Origin: Leucoraja ocellata
Taxonomy: Eukaryota
Assembly: GCA_036785375.1 (NCBI GenBank)
Contig: JAWMAR010000533.1
Coordinates: 682,001-746,000 of the forward strand
Direction of reading: 5' to 3'
DNA length: 64,000 nucleotides
Shown: piece after piece, positions 24,499 through 37,843 of the stretch
How the letters are laid out: each line of letters begins with the position of its first letter
Numbering within the stretch: position 1 is the stretch's first letter
Made by a program: the position numbers and the translations under genes
Notes under the pieces: model-generated
Told to the model about the DNA's origin: nothing
Databases searched by the model: none
What the model saw: the letters and a program-made list of their open reading frames with translations, nothing else

Positions 24499-24874
24499 TG
24501 ACATACATTCTCCCTGGCTTTCAACTTTTACACCTAAGAGCATTGTGAGAATGAAAGCTCAGAAGGGTCCTGATATGCAACATCGCCTATCCATTTTCAC
24601 CAGAGATGTTGCCTGACCTTGCTGAGTTACTCCAGCTCTGAACTTTTTTTGGGAAACCATCATCTGCAGTTCCTTTTGTACATGTATCCTTAATGGTCAA
24701 TTCCATTAAAACATATACATAGAGTTGCAATACAATTATGAAAATGCAATATAGCTTTCGAAACACTAAAAAGTGTAAATTCGAATCATGGCTTGTATTA
24801 AACATTCTCAGGTAAATGAGGGCTAGTTTGTGTAAATATATTCCATTATGGTTGGAAGTAAGGTCAGATTGATT

Positions 24875-24966
24875 GTCTGAAGAAGGGTTTCGACCCGAAA
24901 TGCCACCTATTCCTTTTCTCCAGAGACGCTGACTGACCCACTGAGTTACTCCAGCATTTTGTGTCT
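24875..24966 (+). mobile_element. Penelope-derived repeat starting with a hammerhead-like motif
   Basis: GT CTGAAGA A GGGTTTCGACCC GAAA TGCC ACC, then TATTCCTTTTCTCCAGAGACGCTG...GAGTTACTCCAGCATTTTGTGTCT. Confidence 0.75.
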
Positions 24967-25789
24967 CGGTCAGTTTCATTCTTGTTTTGGCATAAGCCTT
25001 CCCTTTATGGTTTACTCTGAGAGTATTCTCCTTCACATGAAGCCCATGAGCTCATGCAGAAAGTTGACTTGCGCATTTGCTGGTAATGACTAAGATAAAG
25101 CATAATACTGATGCACCAAGACTTATCCTCCCTGTCACAGGCTCGCACAGTGAGCACAAAACATGCAAACTGCTTGGAAAAGGATGTTTTCAAAGCAAAT
25201 CCGGGAATTATGTGCTGATATCATCAGTTATATTCTTGGGCTTTGTTCTTCGCAGCAGATAGCACAAACGAGATGCATAGGAAAAGACATCATATTAACA
25301 ATGACAACAAAATGGATTTTATATTATGCTGCTCTACACAAGCATCCCTGTGGCATTGTGACATTCATGATTTCTTGCAGCATTATGATAATACATTTCT
25401 TATCCTTTTCTTGGAATTTCTCTAATCTCTTTCTCATTCTGCCTGTAATTTCTCTCCCTTATCCTTTCTATCTATAAGACATCAGTCTTTTTCCCGCCAA
25501 TTATCCCTGTAATTTGAAGAAATAATGGATTGAGATGTTTTCAATTAGGCAGAGACGAGCTTTCAGTGATGCCCAAACAAGATGCCCCAAATTTCTAACA
25601 TAGAGTGTCAACAGTTAAGAATTAATTAGGCTTTGGAAGAAAAGAGGAATAAAGAAAGACATGGCATGTGATTACACCTACCACCAGTAGCAGTTACATG
25701 TATTAATGTCATTTATTTCTATTCTAACAGCATTAATTCTAGTTACATTACTTCGGGTTACATTACTTGTCAAACTGACACTTCAATGC

Positions 25790-25955
25790 CACACTGAAAG
25801 AATGGTATGCTCAGAAGGATGCCACATCTCAGATTGGATATTAAACTAGGAGTCCATATATTCTCACCATTTACTTTAAACGGTCCCACTTCACCATTTC
25901 AAAGACGTTATTCCTGGCAGCCTGAATAATATTCATCTTGCCATCAACAGCATCA
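25790..25955 (+). mobile_element. Ancient Deu-domain SINE remnant (SacSINE1/AmnSINE1-like)
   Basis: GATGCCACATCTCAGATTGGATATTAAACTAGG..GGTCCCAC..CCATTTCAAAGA..CCTGAATAATATTCATC..CAACAGCATCA resembles the Deu-domain order as I recall it. Similar pieces lie at 27830-28070 (+) and 34880-34950 (-). Confidence 0.55.
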
Positions 25956-26339
25956 TTGCAGTGCACACAGTTTTGGTCCACCCCCCCCCCCCCCCCCCCC
26001 GCCTTAAAAGAGGAAAGAGAGGCATTGGAGGCAGTTAATTCATGAGATGAGAAAGTTGATCTTCAAAGGGGTTTAAATAGTTTGGATCCACATTTCTTGG
26101 TGTTTAGAAGAATGCGCGGTGACTTTATTCAAACATATAAGATCCTAAGCAGCTTTATAGAGTCAATATTGCAATAATTTTACCTGTGGGAGAGTCATGA
26201 AAATGGGGATAGAATTACAAAATAAGGGCATAGTCACTTGAAACTGAAGTGCAAAGATATATCTTCTCTCAAATGGTAGTGAATCATAAGTGATAGGCTA
26301 TTTGGCCCATCAAGTCTACTCCGCCATTCACTCATGCTG

Positions 26340-26579
26340 ACCAGCGATCACCATACACTAGCACCATTCTATACACTAAGGACAATTTACAATTTTTCCC
26401 AAAGCCAATTAACCTACGAACCTGTATGCCTTTGGAATGTTGGATGAAACCAGAACACCCGGGGAAAACCCACATGGGGGAACGTACAAATTCCCGTACA
26501 GACAGCTCCCGTAGTCAGGATCGAACCCGGGTCTCTGGCGCTGTAAGGCAGCAACTCTACTGCTGCGCCACTGTGCTGT
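26340..26579 (-). mobile_element. V-SINE
   Basis: Reverse-complement head ...GGATCGAACCCGGGTCTCTGGCGCTGTAAGGCAGCAACTCTACTGCTGCGCCACTGTG. Confidence 0.87.
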
Positions 26580-27189
26580 CCCAGCTTCCATCAGCTGCGG
26601 CTGCCATCTTGAAAGGAAATGTGATTTTGAGACATTTTTATATTTAATTTCTTCTACTTGAAATCAAATGATCAAGGTATCATTGAAGTAGATCTTTTAA
26701 CAGCTGGGGTCTGTTTTGCATGCTGTTACCGTGTGAGCTTCTCTGTTCTTCTTTCAGAAGGGTTTAATAAGGTCTTTCTCTTCTTATGCCCAGATGGGTT
26801 CAGACAGAATTCAGAAATTAAATACCTGTCGTATTTAAGACTACAGGTATTTAAGAAACTACATTCAAAAACGACTAGTGCCCTGACCTCACCACCACTG
26901 CTCTGAAACTGGATGGTGCATTTAAACGATAGAATTATATCTCCTTCCCCTTGGAGTCTTTGCAACCTGAAAGACACACAGGGAAGTATCAATAATGGAG
27001 GCAATATCATCAAGGACCCACACCAACCTGGCTGCACCATTATAATATTCCATCCCACTCTCTGACCTGGCCTCTACAAAGTTCAAAAGAAGGTCAATGT
27101 CAATTCAAGAAACAGCAACTCAACTTACCTCGGGCGATATTACTGTAGTTGATCTCAATTTTTCCAAACTCAACAATTTCAGAGAGTAA

Positions 27190-27428
27190 AGGACCTGTCC
27201 CACTTTCACAACCTAATTCACAACCTCTGCCGAGCTTTCCCCTTTACTCATACTCGCAGCATGGTCATCACTTGGTCATAGGAGGTCGTAGGTAGGTCGT
27301 GGCAGGTCGTGATGCTAGTCGTAGGTACTCGTGGCATCAAGTAGGTCGGGGCATTTTTTCTAGCATGATGAAAAATGTCCACAAGTAAAAAAGGTTGTGA
27401 ATTAGGTCTTGAAAGTGGGACAGGCCCT
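27190..27428. mobile_element. Harbinger-type MITE
   Basis: TIRs AGG(A/G)CCTGTCCCACTTTCA..ACCTAATTCACAACCT with TAA TSD (27187-27189, 27429-27431). Confidence 0.92.
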
Positions 27429-28793
27429 TAACTTTACCCACCTTGGAGTGAATAAATACTACATCTTTAAGATGAATTGTTACATCTTAAATATTTGGCT
27501 CCGTTTTTCTTTGTTTTGATAGTCTGGCCTGCTGGGCATGTCCCAGAGCATTACCATTATCAACATATTACACAGATAAAGAAACTTAATCCGATCTTAA
27601 CTGCTCCTTAACTGCCACATTAGGTCATTTGGTCTCACCCCATCAGAGATATTCTCCTTGATCCATCCATTTTCTGCCCTTTCCCTCTCTGCTACCTAGA
27701 CTAACTTGTTTACTCTCTTTCCCAATACTGATGAAGGGCTCAGACCTAAGCCATTAACTATTTCTATTTCCCTGTTTTATCTCAGATTTTTGATAATTGC
27801 AATTTTACTGTTAAAACTAGGTCTTGGACGCTAAGATCCCACTACAAAGTTTCAAAGAGAATCACGGGGATGGCGTTCCTATCTCCTGATAAAGATTTAT
27901 CCAACATCAACATTACCGAAGTAAAGGAACTGACAATGTATCCTATCAATCTCTGTGGAATGTGCTGTATGCGAGTCCTTTCTCTCTATGGTGACCCAAT
28001 TACAAAGTCATTTGCTGTAGAACACATTTAATTGTCTCAATATTGTGTTTGGCATTCTTAATAAATACAGATATGTTTGCATTCTTTTCAAATGGTACAG
28101 CATTGTTCTTTTGATAGCCAGACCCATGGAACATAATTAAATTTAGTTAAGATCATTATGATCAATTGCTTCTGGAATAAAACTAGCCTGGCTTTACAAA
28201 ATTATAACGTGCGTTTGAAGGCAGCATTCATCTTTTTCATTGTTAAAGTGTCTCAGAAGGGAGTATCATAAAACAGATGATAAGAGTATATTCAATATCC
28301 CATTGAATTATGATGTTTTGGTATGTTTATTCATTAACAATTTTATTTCCTCAGTGATTAATATTAAACATAGGGCACAGTTTGTTTGATATTCATTGCA
28401 ATGAAATTATTGAAATATGTTGAATGTCAAAATTGGGAATAATTGAAGTCTCTTTTATTAATTTATTTCCTAGGTTTGTTATCTCACCAAAAAATACATT
28501 TGTATTGGCTGCTTGCTTGCGCAAGGTTTACAATAATCCAACAGAAGGAAAGAATTCAAAGAATTGTTGCACAGTTTTGAATATATTAATGGCTAGCTGA
28601 TTGGATTTGATGGAGTCTGGTTAATGGAAATAGTATGTTGTGGTCCTGGAGATCAGTGCTGATTGAATGCCGGTGCTGCAAAAATGGACATCATTACATT
28701 CATTGGGGCAGAGGAACAAACAGCATGTTCAAAGGAAAACAGTGGGGACCAGGTAAATGAAACCTCTTGCAGTCATGAAGGACACTGGACAAT

Positions 28794-29062
28794 TTTTAGT
28801 TTAGTTTAGTTTAGAGACACAGCGTGGAAATAGGCCCTTCGGCCACTGACTCCGCACCGAACAGCGATTTCCGTACATTAACACTATCCTGCACACACTA
28901 GGGAGAATTTACAATTATACCAAGCCATAGGCCTACAGACCTGTACATCTTTGGAATGTGTGGGAGGAAACCAAAGCTCCCGGAGAAAACCAGAATTAGG
29001 ATCGATCCCGGGTCTCTGGCGCTGTAACGCAGCAACTTTACCGCTGTGCTACCGTGCTGCCC
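28794..29062 (-). mobile_element. V-SINE (internal deletion)
   Basis: (GTTTA)n tail on the left and tRNA head on the right. Confidence 0.86.
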
Positions 29063-29552
29063 TGTTGTAGTATTAGATGAGGATAGAAGGAAATTACCTA
29101 GAGGAGGAAAATAGAGATGAGGTCAGACGTAATAGCTTCTGTGGGGCTATAACAGGCTGAAATACTGGGTATATCAAGGCAGGGAAGAGGTTGCATTGTG
29201 CAGCCCATCCATGAGAAACAGGCCACTCAGCCCAGCGCGTCCATGCTGTCCAGTAAGCACCCATCTACTTTAATTGCTTCTACCAGCACTTCCAGCGTAT
29301 TCTTTTATATCTGGACTATTGAAGTGCTCATCAAAGGTTTTCTTAAATGCTGTCAGTACAATGCAAGCACTGCAAAACTGGACAAAAAGAATTGCTTTCC
29401 GTTTTCCCATTTTAACATTTGCCAGCCATGCATTTACCTCTTTTACCCACTTGTCAGTTCTTATGACGTTTGCTGTCATTCTTATCATTGATTATGACAT
29501 TTTTAAGATACATTTGCATATGTTTTCCTGGAAAAGTGAGGTGAGGTGGGTT

Positions 29553-29856
29553 AGTCTAGGATCATAGCCTCAGAATAAAAGGACGTACCTTTGGAAAGGA
29601 GATGAGGAGGAATTTATTAAGTCAGTGGGTGGAGCATCTGTGGAATTCATTACCACAGAAGGCAGGGAAGGGCAAGTCAATGGACATTTTTAAGGTGGAC
29701 ATTGGTAGCTTCTTGATTTGTATGGGTGTCAGGGGTTATGGGAAGAAGGCAGGAGAATAGGGTTGAAAGAGAAAGATAGATCAGCTATGACATTGGCGGA
29801 GTAGACTAGAAGGGCTGAATGGCCTAATTCTGCTTGTATAACATACGAATTTATGA
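29553..29856 (+). mobile_element. CR1 3' end
   Basis: CATAGCCTCAGAATAAAAGGACGTACCTTT..GAGATGAGGAGGAATT..TGTGGAATTCATT plus UTR. Confidence 0.85.
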
Positions 29857-30401
29857 AATGAATAAATCACTCCTTTCTTTTTCCATAAGTAATCCGTGGT
29901 ACAGATCAAGCCGGAGATTATTTGTCTTACATCCTGACTGGTAGAAAACTATAAATTACCAGGTTGAAAAGACTAGATTATTATATTCATGCAAGATTGT
30001 ATTTCAATAATCAGAACTGTACCGGTGCTCTTTTCAATCCATAATAATTATGCGACTGAACAGTCTTTCATTATCTTTGCTTTCATCAGTGGCTCTTTGT
30101 GGTTGGATCACCATCAAATCGCAAAATTAAAATGAGATTTGATAAAATTGTGAAACATTTATTCTGCATGAAGTTACCTGTTTCGTAATGCCCCTGTAAT
30201 TTATTGACTTAATGTACAAGGCTTACTTAAGCCATGGTAGGGTGTCTGGCCCATCAGCTGATCTCCTCATAGTTGCAGTCACATCTCTCAGCATCATAGG
30301 GTTGTAGATTGATGCAGCACAAGGATAGTTATCAGCTGAACCTACCTGAGCTACTTCTTTTGATAGAGCTATCCAATTAGTTCTACACCAATGTTCTTCC
30401 C

Positions 30402-30705
30402 TTTAGTTTAGTTTAGAGATACATTGTGGTAACAGGCCCCTCGGCCCCCACCAAGTCCGCGATGACCAGCAATCATCCATATACTAGTTCTACCCAACAC
30501 AATGGGGACATTTTATTACAGAAACCAATTAACCTATAAACCTGCACGTCTTTGGAATGTGGGAGAAAACTGGAGCACAAGGAGAAAACCCACGCAGTCA
30601 CAGGGAGAACATGCAAACTCTGAATAGACAGCACCTGTAGTAAGGATCGAACCCGGGTCCCTGGCGCTGTAAGCTGCAACTCTACTGTTCCGCCACTGTG
30701 CCGCT
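30402..30705 (-). mobile_element. V-SINE
   Basis: Complete head, V-domain and tail on the minus strand. Confidence 0.88.
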
Positions 30706-31651
30706 CCCCCCTTGATACTTTATTTCTCCTCCTTGAAACATTTGTGCAATTATCTATTCAATGTTGTTATTAAATCTCTTTCCCACCAACCACCCTTTCA
30801 ACCAGTACATTGTATATATTGCAGGAACTTGTTCAGTAAGTAAATATTTCCTTTTGCCACTTCTGCTTCTTTCATCTTAAATCAATGATCGTCTACCCTC
30901 TGCCACAGATGAATTTCTTGGCATTCATCTATTCTTAATTGCCTCTTCCCCAGGGAGAACAACAACACATTCCAATTCCTTACCCATTGCACCATCCTCC
31001 CAGATCATTCCTGCACACTTTCTAAAGAGTCAATGTCCCTTCCAAATATTGTTGTTTAGTATTTAATATAATACTCAAGTTCAGGCCCAACAAAGTCTGG
31101 GATAACTCTCTAGCCTCTGCACCTTACTCCTCAACTAAGAAAACAAAGGCCACGTACATCTCAACTTATCCCAATACCCTCAGCATACACCTACAGGTCT
31201 CACTGGTCCTTTACCAATGATCCACCGATGTTTCCTCTTGTACGAGAATCTGAAAATATGGATTACTGTATCGCAATATTCGCTTATATATATATATACT
31301 GATTTTTTTGCATTATATTATTTACAGAGCACTATTTTTACATATTCCGTTGTGCTGTTGCAAGTAAAAAATTAATTGTTCTGTCTGGGACATATGACAA
31401 TAAAACACTCTTGAATCTTGACTCTTGAATTTCAGCCAACTTGAATTTCTGTACATTTTATATACTGCTGTAAAATTCAAGGTTATGGCACAGCCTCATC
31501 CTCCTGGCTGTTTGTTTTAACACCTTTGTAGAAGTAAATTAGTATTAATGCCAAGGAGATGGAAGAGGCCACAATAAAAGTTTAACGTCTCCTTGATGCA
31601 TCCCTACAATTGGAAAATTGGAGATACCTGAGCTAAATCTACTAAGAGAGT

Positions 31652-31941
31652 TCAGCGGTAGATTTGCTGCCTTACAGCGCCAGAGATCTGAGTTCGATCC
31701 TGACTACGGGTGTTGTCTGTATGGAGTTTGTACATTCTCCCCGTGACCTGCGTGGGTTTTCTCCGGGATCAACGGTTTCCTCTACAGGTTTGTAGGCTAA
31801 TTGGCTTTGTATATTTGTTAAATTGTCCCCAATGTGTGTAGGATAGCGTTAGTGTGTGGGGATCGCTGGTTGGCATGGACTCGGTGAGCTGAAGGGCCTG
31901 TTTCTGCACTGTATCTCTGAATTAAACTAAACTAAACTAAA
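31652..31941 (+). mobile_element. V-SINE
   Basis: Head, GTTCGATCC B box, V-domain and (AAACT)n tail. Confidence 0.88.
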
Positions 31942-33183
31942 AAAGTGATGAGAAGTTGACTGTCAGACCAGTTACTGAGCACGTTGACTTATAACTGGCG
32001 GGAAGGCATGATACATTTTTCCTTGCTACTGGTGCAAAATAATAACTTAGAAATAACCTATGTAGAAAGAAATTCCCCTAAGCATAGCTAAAAATGTCAC
32101 TTGAAATATGGAAGGGTGACACAGCCTCTGACTCACAATGAATCACCAACCAGAAGGCAAAGAAAGTGCAAATAAAAAAAAGAGAAAGCACTACTTCCAC
32201 AAAGTTTGCTATGGACTTAGGCAGCAAAGAATGTCATCTAAGCTTCTGCAGTTGATGAATGTCATAGCTTCATCAAACAAATGGGATGATCGCGGAATCT
32301 CATCTATCATTGAACCATCGGTGTGGATATAATAATGCGCTTCACGCATTGCTTTGCTATAAAGGGCTGTGGTTTGCAAGCTCTTCACAAGTGATGAAAT
32401 GCTGACTCATTCTAAGGGCGAAAGGTCAACAGTGATTACTTAGCCAACACTAAATAAAAGTGAAGCATGGGGATTCTGTCTGTGATGGGTTCAGATTTAC
32501 ACCTAGACTGTTGATAGAGCTTCAGGAACATGTTGGAGACAGGAGACCTTTCGGCATCCCTCTGCTAGCCCTTCTGCTTACTTCATGGCTGAATAGTTCA
32601 ATCAGCAGCATAACCCTACTGAACATTGGGCAGCAGGTACAGAAGCCTGAAGTCCCACACCACTGGGTTCCCACCTCACTAGTGAGTCCCACCTCACTAT
32701 GGTGCTGTCTGTATGGAGTTTGTATGTTCTCCCTGTGACTGTATCGGTTTTCTCTGGGTGCTCCGGTTTCCACCCACACTCCAAAGACATACAAGTTTGT
32801 AAATTTTCGTTAGTGTCTAGTATAGATATGGGGATCACTGGCCTACTAATGTAGAATCCGTCAATCTCCATCTTAAAAATATCCATAGACCTGCTTTTTG
32901 GTCGTGTGTTAACCAGTCAGCGAAAAGGCTATACATGATTACAATCAAGCTATCTTGTGTATAGTGTACAGATACATGATACAAGGGAATAATGTTTACT
33001 GTAAGATAAAGCCCAGTAAAACATGATTATAAATAGTCCAAGTGCCTCCAATGAGGTGGAGAGTAGCTCTCTCGTTGAAGTTCTTCAACAGCTATGTCTT
33101 TCCATTGAAATAAATGAGTCTGTTCAATAGTCAAGGTTTCACAGCATAAATGCTGAGAAAAATCTATAGATATTGGCACTTAT

Positions 33184-33910
33184 TCAAGGTTCCAAAGTCA
33201 GTTTATTGTCACATGTACCAATTAAGGTACAGTGAAATTTGAGTTACCATACAGCCATACAAAGTGAAAAGCAACAAGTTACACACCCACATAAAATAAA
33301 AGTTGACAGAAACATCCATCCACATTCCTCACTGTGATGGAAGACAATCAAGTTCAATCTTCTTCCACTTGTCCTCTCACAGTTGGGGCAGTCAAACCGT
33401 CCGCAGTCGGGGCGATCAAAGCCCCCGCTGCTGATGATCGAAGTCCCGTCAGGGTGATTGAAACTCCCGTGTCGGGGCTGTTGAAACTCTCTCCACAGGT
33501 TGGAGCTCCCGAGTTAACCTCTTCTTACCAGAGAACGCGGGTTTCACGATGTTAACGTCTACAGGCCCCGTGGTTGGAGCTTCGATCCCCGGCAAAGGGA
33601 TCGCAAGATCCGCGATGTTAAAGTCCCGCAGACTCCTGCGGCTTGGAGCGCAGGAAAGACCGCCCACTCCACGATGTTAGGCCGCAGTGGGGACGGAGAT
33701 ACAATACGGAAATGAATCGTATATCCTTCAAGGTAAGAGATTGGAAAAAAAAATTCCCCCAACCCCACTCCCACCCCCACCCCCACCCCCCTCATAAAAC
33801 AAACCAAGGAACACTGAAACATACTTTTAACATATACTTAAAATAACAAAAACAAAAGAAAGGACAGTTAGACTGTTGGCGAGGCAGCCACTGCTGGTGG
33901 TGCCACCTGG
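33184..33910 (-). mobile_element. Apparently near full-length non-autonomous retroposon with GC-rich tandem units and a LINE-type 3' tail
   Basis: Minus-strand 3' end ATTTCACTGTACC..GTACATGTGACAATAAA. Three CGATGTTA units of about 60 bp at 33545-33700. No coding capacity. Confidence 0.75.
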
Positions 33911-34711
33911 TTCTCTCCCTGAATCCAGTTCCAGAATATAGTCATCTCAAGATAAGTGATCAGAGGAAGTTTGGGAGCTCTGCCTTGACATATGGAAACC
34001 TCCAACCAGTTATACACGTGGCCATTCCATCTGGCCGTTGTCTCTTTTAGGGGAAGTTTATAGAATTTTTCTGGCCGCGAAAAAATAAATTACCTTCATC
34101 CACCTGCAACCATTTAACTTGTCCATCAATGTCCTGCTATTTGCTGTGTCTGCAATAGCTACTGTGTGAATATTTCAGATGGGCGACTGCATTTCAAAGG
34201 ATGTGAGGACATGTGCAGTGATTTGGGACTGAGATTTGATCTTTCTGTTTTAGTTAACGGTCCTTTGAGTCTTTTTGAATAGGATAATAATAAACACAAA
34301 TTTAATTATTCAGCATCAATAATGAATCTGAATATTCATAACCAAGTAAGGATATATTCTTGTCGCCAATTTATTTAGATGAGCCTTTGTTTTTATCTAA
34401 TTGCATGCAACTAATTATTTTGTCAGTTTAAAATCTTGAAGTTAGCACTGGTATTGCATCAGGAGAATTGAATGGAACTGAACTTTATTTTATCAATCCA
34501 AAGTCCATCTGGTAATGGTCCATTTTAAGTGGTTTGATGAAAGTTAAATGGAAGATGGTTTACTTTGCATCTTTCTTGACCTTAGGGGCATTCTCAAATG
34601 TTTTGTATCTTCTAAACTACAACTATTTGAGTAATTTATGAAGCTTACCAAGCTGACTGCGTACAGTGAAGTTCCTGAAGTTGCAATTGGATAAACAACT
34701 AGAGAGTCTGT

Positions 34712-34878
34712 GGATTTTTGCCTCCGCCACAGTGAGGAGGTGCTTGGAGGATACACTGTGGTGGATGTTAATTTGTGTTTAGTGTTGTTTATTATTGTAT
34801 GATTGTATGTATGACTGCAGGCACGAAATTTCGTTCAGACCGTAAGGTCTGAATGACAATAAAGGAATTCAATTCAAT
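34712..34878 (+). mobile_element. 3' fragment of the same retroposon family
   Basis: CACAGTGAGGAGGTGC..CACTGTGGTGGATGTTAATTTGTG..TTCAGACCGTAAGGTCTGAATGACAATAAA plus (AATTC)n. Confidence 0.78.
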
Positions 34879-35284
34879 TAATGTTGTTAGCTGAGAGATA
34901 AATATTGGTTGCAAAAACTTTCTTGCTTCCCTTTGAAATAAAGTCATTAAATCATAGCATCATAGAGCATGGAAATAGGCCTTAGGCCCAATTGCCTATG
35001 ATGAACAAGATGCCCCATCTACACAAGTCCTACCTGCCTTCATTTGGCCCATATCCCTCTAAACCTTTCCTATCAATGTGCCCGTCCAATTGTTACTATG
35101 GTATCTATCTCAACCACCTCCTCCAACAGCTTGTTCAATATACCCACCACCCTTCGTGTGAAATAGTTTAGTTTCGAGACACAGCATGGAACCTGGCCCT
35201 TTGGTCCACCAAGTCCATACCAACCAACAATCATAGTACACTAGTTCTATGTTATCACATTTTCTATGTTACCACACACTATGT

Positions 35285-35401
35285 TACCTATGCGGTCTCA
35301 GGGAGAATACCACGTGCAACCTCTGGGAACCGCACGGAAACCGCACGGAAACCTTGGGTGGGGCACAAAGTCTCCAGAGGTTTCCGTTCAGGTTTCCTAA
35401 G
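35285..35401. mobile_element. Probable internal/subterminal fragment of a Harbinger-type MITE
   Basis: GC-rich AACCGCACGGAAACCGCACGGAAACC..GGTTTCCGTTCAGGTTTCCTAAG. It ends in CCTAAG like the subterminal sequence at 59391-59397, but the terminal GGGACAGGCC is absent. Confidence 0.5.
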
Positions 35402-36648
35402 AAAAGCCTATCTTCAGTTAGAATAAAGAAACACAATTGAACAGATCAATCAGAAAATCCATACGTTTATATTTTTATATATATTGCGAATCAATGTGTA
35501 TCTCGGAATCTGTTCAATCAAATAATTATTTTATTAAAGAATTATGAAGACAAATATCTTCATCCATTCCACCCGATCAATGTCAATGGAAGAAAAAGCC
35601 TGTGAACAAGGACTATGATAAGGGGATTGTTGAAAAGGATCTCTCACGATGATGAGTATTGGGATCTTTACAAGTTGCCTGAAGATTACAGTAGGATCAA
35701 TATCCAATCTCTGGGCAACAGTTTGGCTCTTGTGTGGGTTGGATACCAGCAAGTTATTTGTTTTCTGGAGGCATGTTATCTATTAGGTGTATTTTAGACA
35801 TTGTCATTAATGGCTAAAGTGGAGAGATTTGTATCCTTATGAGTTGAGGCCAGTATTTAGTGGGCAATGCTGATCTGAAGCCATTAATTCCACTTTTCAG
35901 TTCCAAAGTCCAACACAATTGAACTCAGTGAATGGAATAAAGGAAAGAGAAATCTCACATACACTATTTACCTATTGAAGTACTTTAGATTACTTTCTGC
36001 ATAATTGTGAATCCAGTTGTATCTGCCATTACACAGCTTCCTGTAGTTGGCCCCCACATTTAGCTATTTTTCAATATTTTACAACATTGATTCCGTTCAT
36101 AATGGATTGCCATCCTATCTTACAGCTGCAAAACACTATTCCTTTAAGAAGTGTGGTCTGTCTTTAAATGGTGCAAACCACGAGATTTAGGTCCCTTTGA
36201 TATTGAGTGAGTCAGTGAACAGCTTTCAGTTATGTGTGTCCCAGACCGAGCGATAAACCTGTCCTGTCATTGCCATGCCCGTTTTCAGGGGTTAACCTGA
36301 TTAATATTTTGGATCCTTCTGGCCCCACAGAACTACAATGGGTTGCTGACAGCTGTCCTTTCCCCTCTTTAAAGGCCCATCGCCGCTGAAAATACCACAG
36401 TCAGTCTGAAACCAAAGTGCTGGGAATGGGGGAACTACCAATGATATCTGCAATAGTTTGTCCATTTGACCTAAGATCCAATTTCAGATGATTCATTGCG
36501 TTTTGTCATTTAGTTGTAATTGCGCCAACCATTCTAAACCTGTTCAAATGTAAAAGTTTCGATGTCATGTCTGCTGAAAACATTGGCCATTTATGACCAA
36601 AACCTCCGCAGAACAAATAAAAACAGAATAATTCAGACGTGTAATAGT

Positions 36649-36872
36649 GTGTAAAAAGGATCTGCAGATGCTGGTTTACATTGAAGCTAGACACAAAATG
36701 CTGGAGTAACTCAGCAGTTCAGGCAGCATCTCTGGAGAAAAGGGATGGGTGAAGTATTGGGTCAAGACCGAGACACTTCATCTGAAGCCGGAATGTAACC
36801 TATTCCTTCTCTCCAGAGATGCTGCCAGTTCCGCTAAGTTACTCCAGCATTTTATGTCTATCTTCGGTGTAA
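36649..36872. repeat. Head-to-head inverted pair of Penelope terminal repeats (hairpin)
   Basis: 36676-36752 is the imperfect reverse complement of 36797-36872. Confidence 0.8.
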
Positions 36873-37843
36873 TAGGAAGTCTCAGCTTCACTCAATATTG
36901 AGCTAAGATGATTTATTAGTAAGTCCATTTCCTATATATTAGTAATTAGATTGGCAGAACTTAAAAGGAAGTTGAATTCAAAGCAACATAAGGAAATTCT
37001 GGTTTACTTCCCTTGGGACCTTGCAAAGCTGAAGGCAGTAACTTCATACATTTCTCACCCGACTCACATGAGAGAAAATGATAAGCTTTGTTATTTTTTG
37101 ACAGCTTGACGTCTAATTAGTTTATGTCTTGATGAGAATCTAATTCTCAGAGCAGTTCTGCACATCATCATATACATCAAACTGGCCATTTGGACTCCCA
37201 ACACCAAATAGCTTATAAATTTGTAAAATATAATTTTTTTGTCGCGAGGAAAGGTGTTGCAAATGGTTAGTATTAAACAGTTGAGAAAGATTCTGGAAAC
37301 TCAGTCAAGTTTGAAGAAATAAATTTGCAGATTAAGCCCGCTTTAAGGTTTTTCTGCTTTTAATATTGTCTTATTTGTATGTGTGGCTCTGTGGTTTATG
37401 CAGTGGGCAGCAAAGACTTGTGTGGCACAATGGCAGAGTTGTTGCCTGACAGCACCAGAGGCCTGGGTTCAATCCTGATGCTGTTTATGAAGAGGTTACA
37501 AGTTCTCCCTGTCTCTGCATGGGTTTTCTTTGAACTGTCTTAATCGGAATTTATTGGACTTCAATTTCAATATCTTGCACTAAATGCTGTACCCTTTAAT
37601 CTTTATCTGTGCACCGTGGATAACTTGATTGTATTCATGTGTAGTCTTTTCTTTGACTGCATGCAAACAAAAGCTTTTCACTCTACCTCAGTACATATGA
37701 CACCAATAAACTAATCTAAATTAAAGAGAAGTTAAATATGAAGCCAGATAGAGAGATATAGGTTATACAAGGACAGGGGGTGGGTATGGAGCTTTTTGCA
37801 ATGCATAGCCTTAAATGTATACAGTTCAATTGTAAATAGAAAA

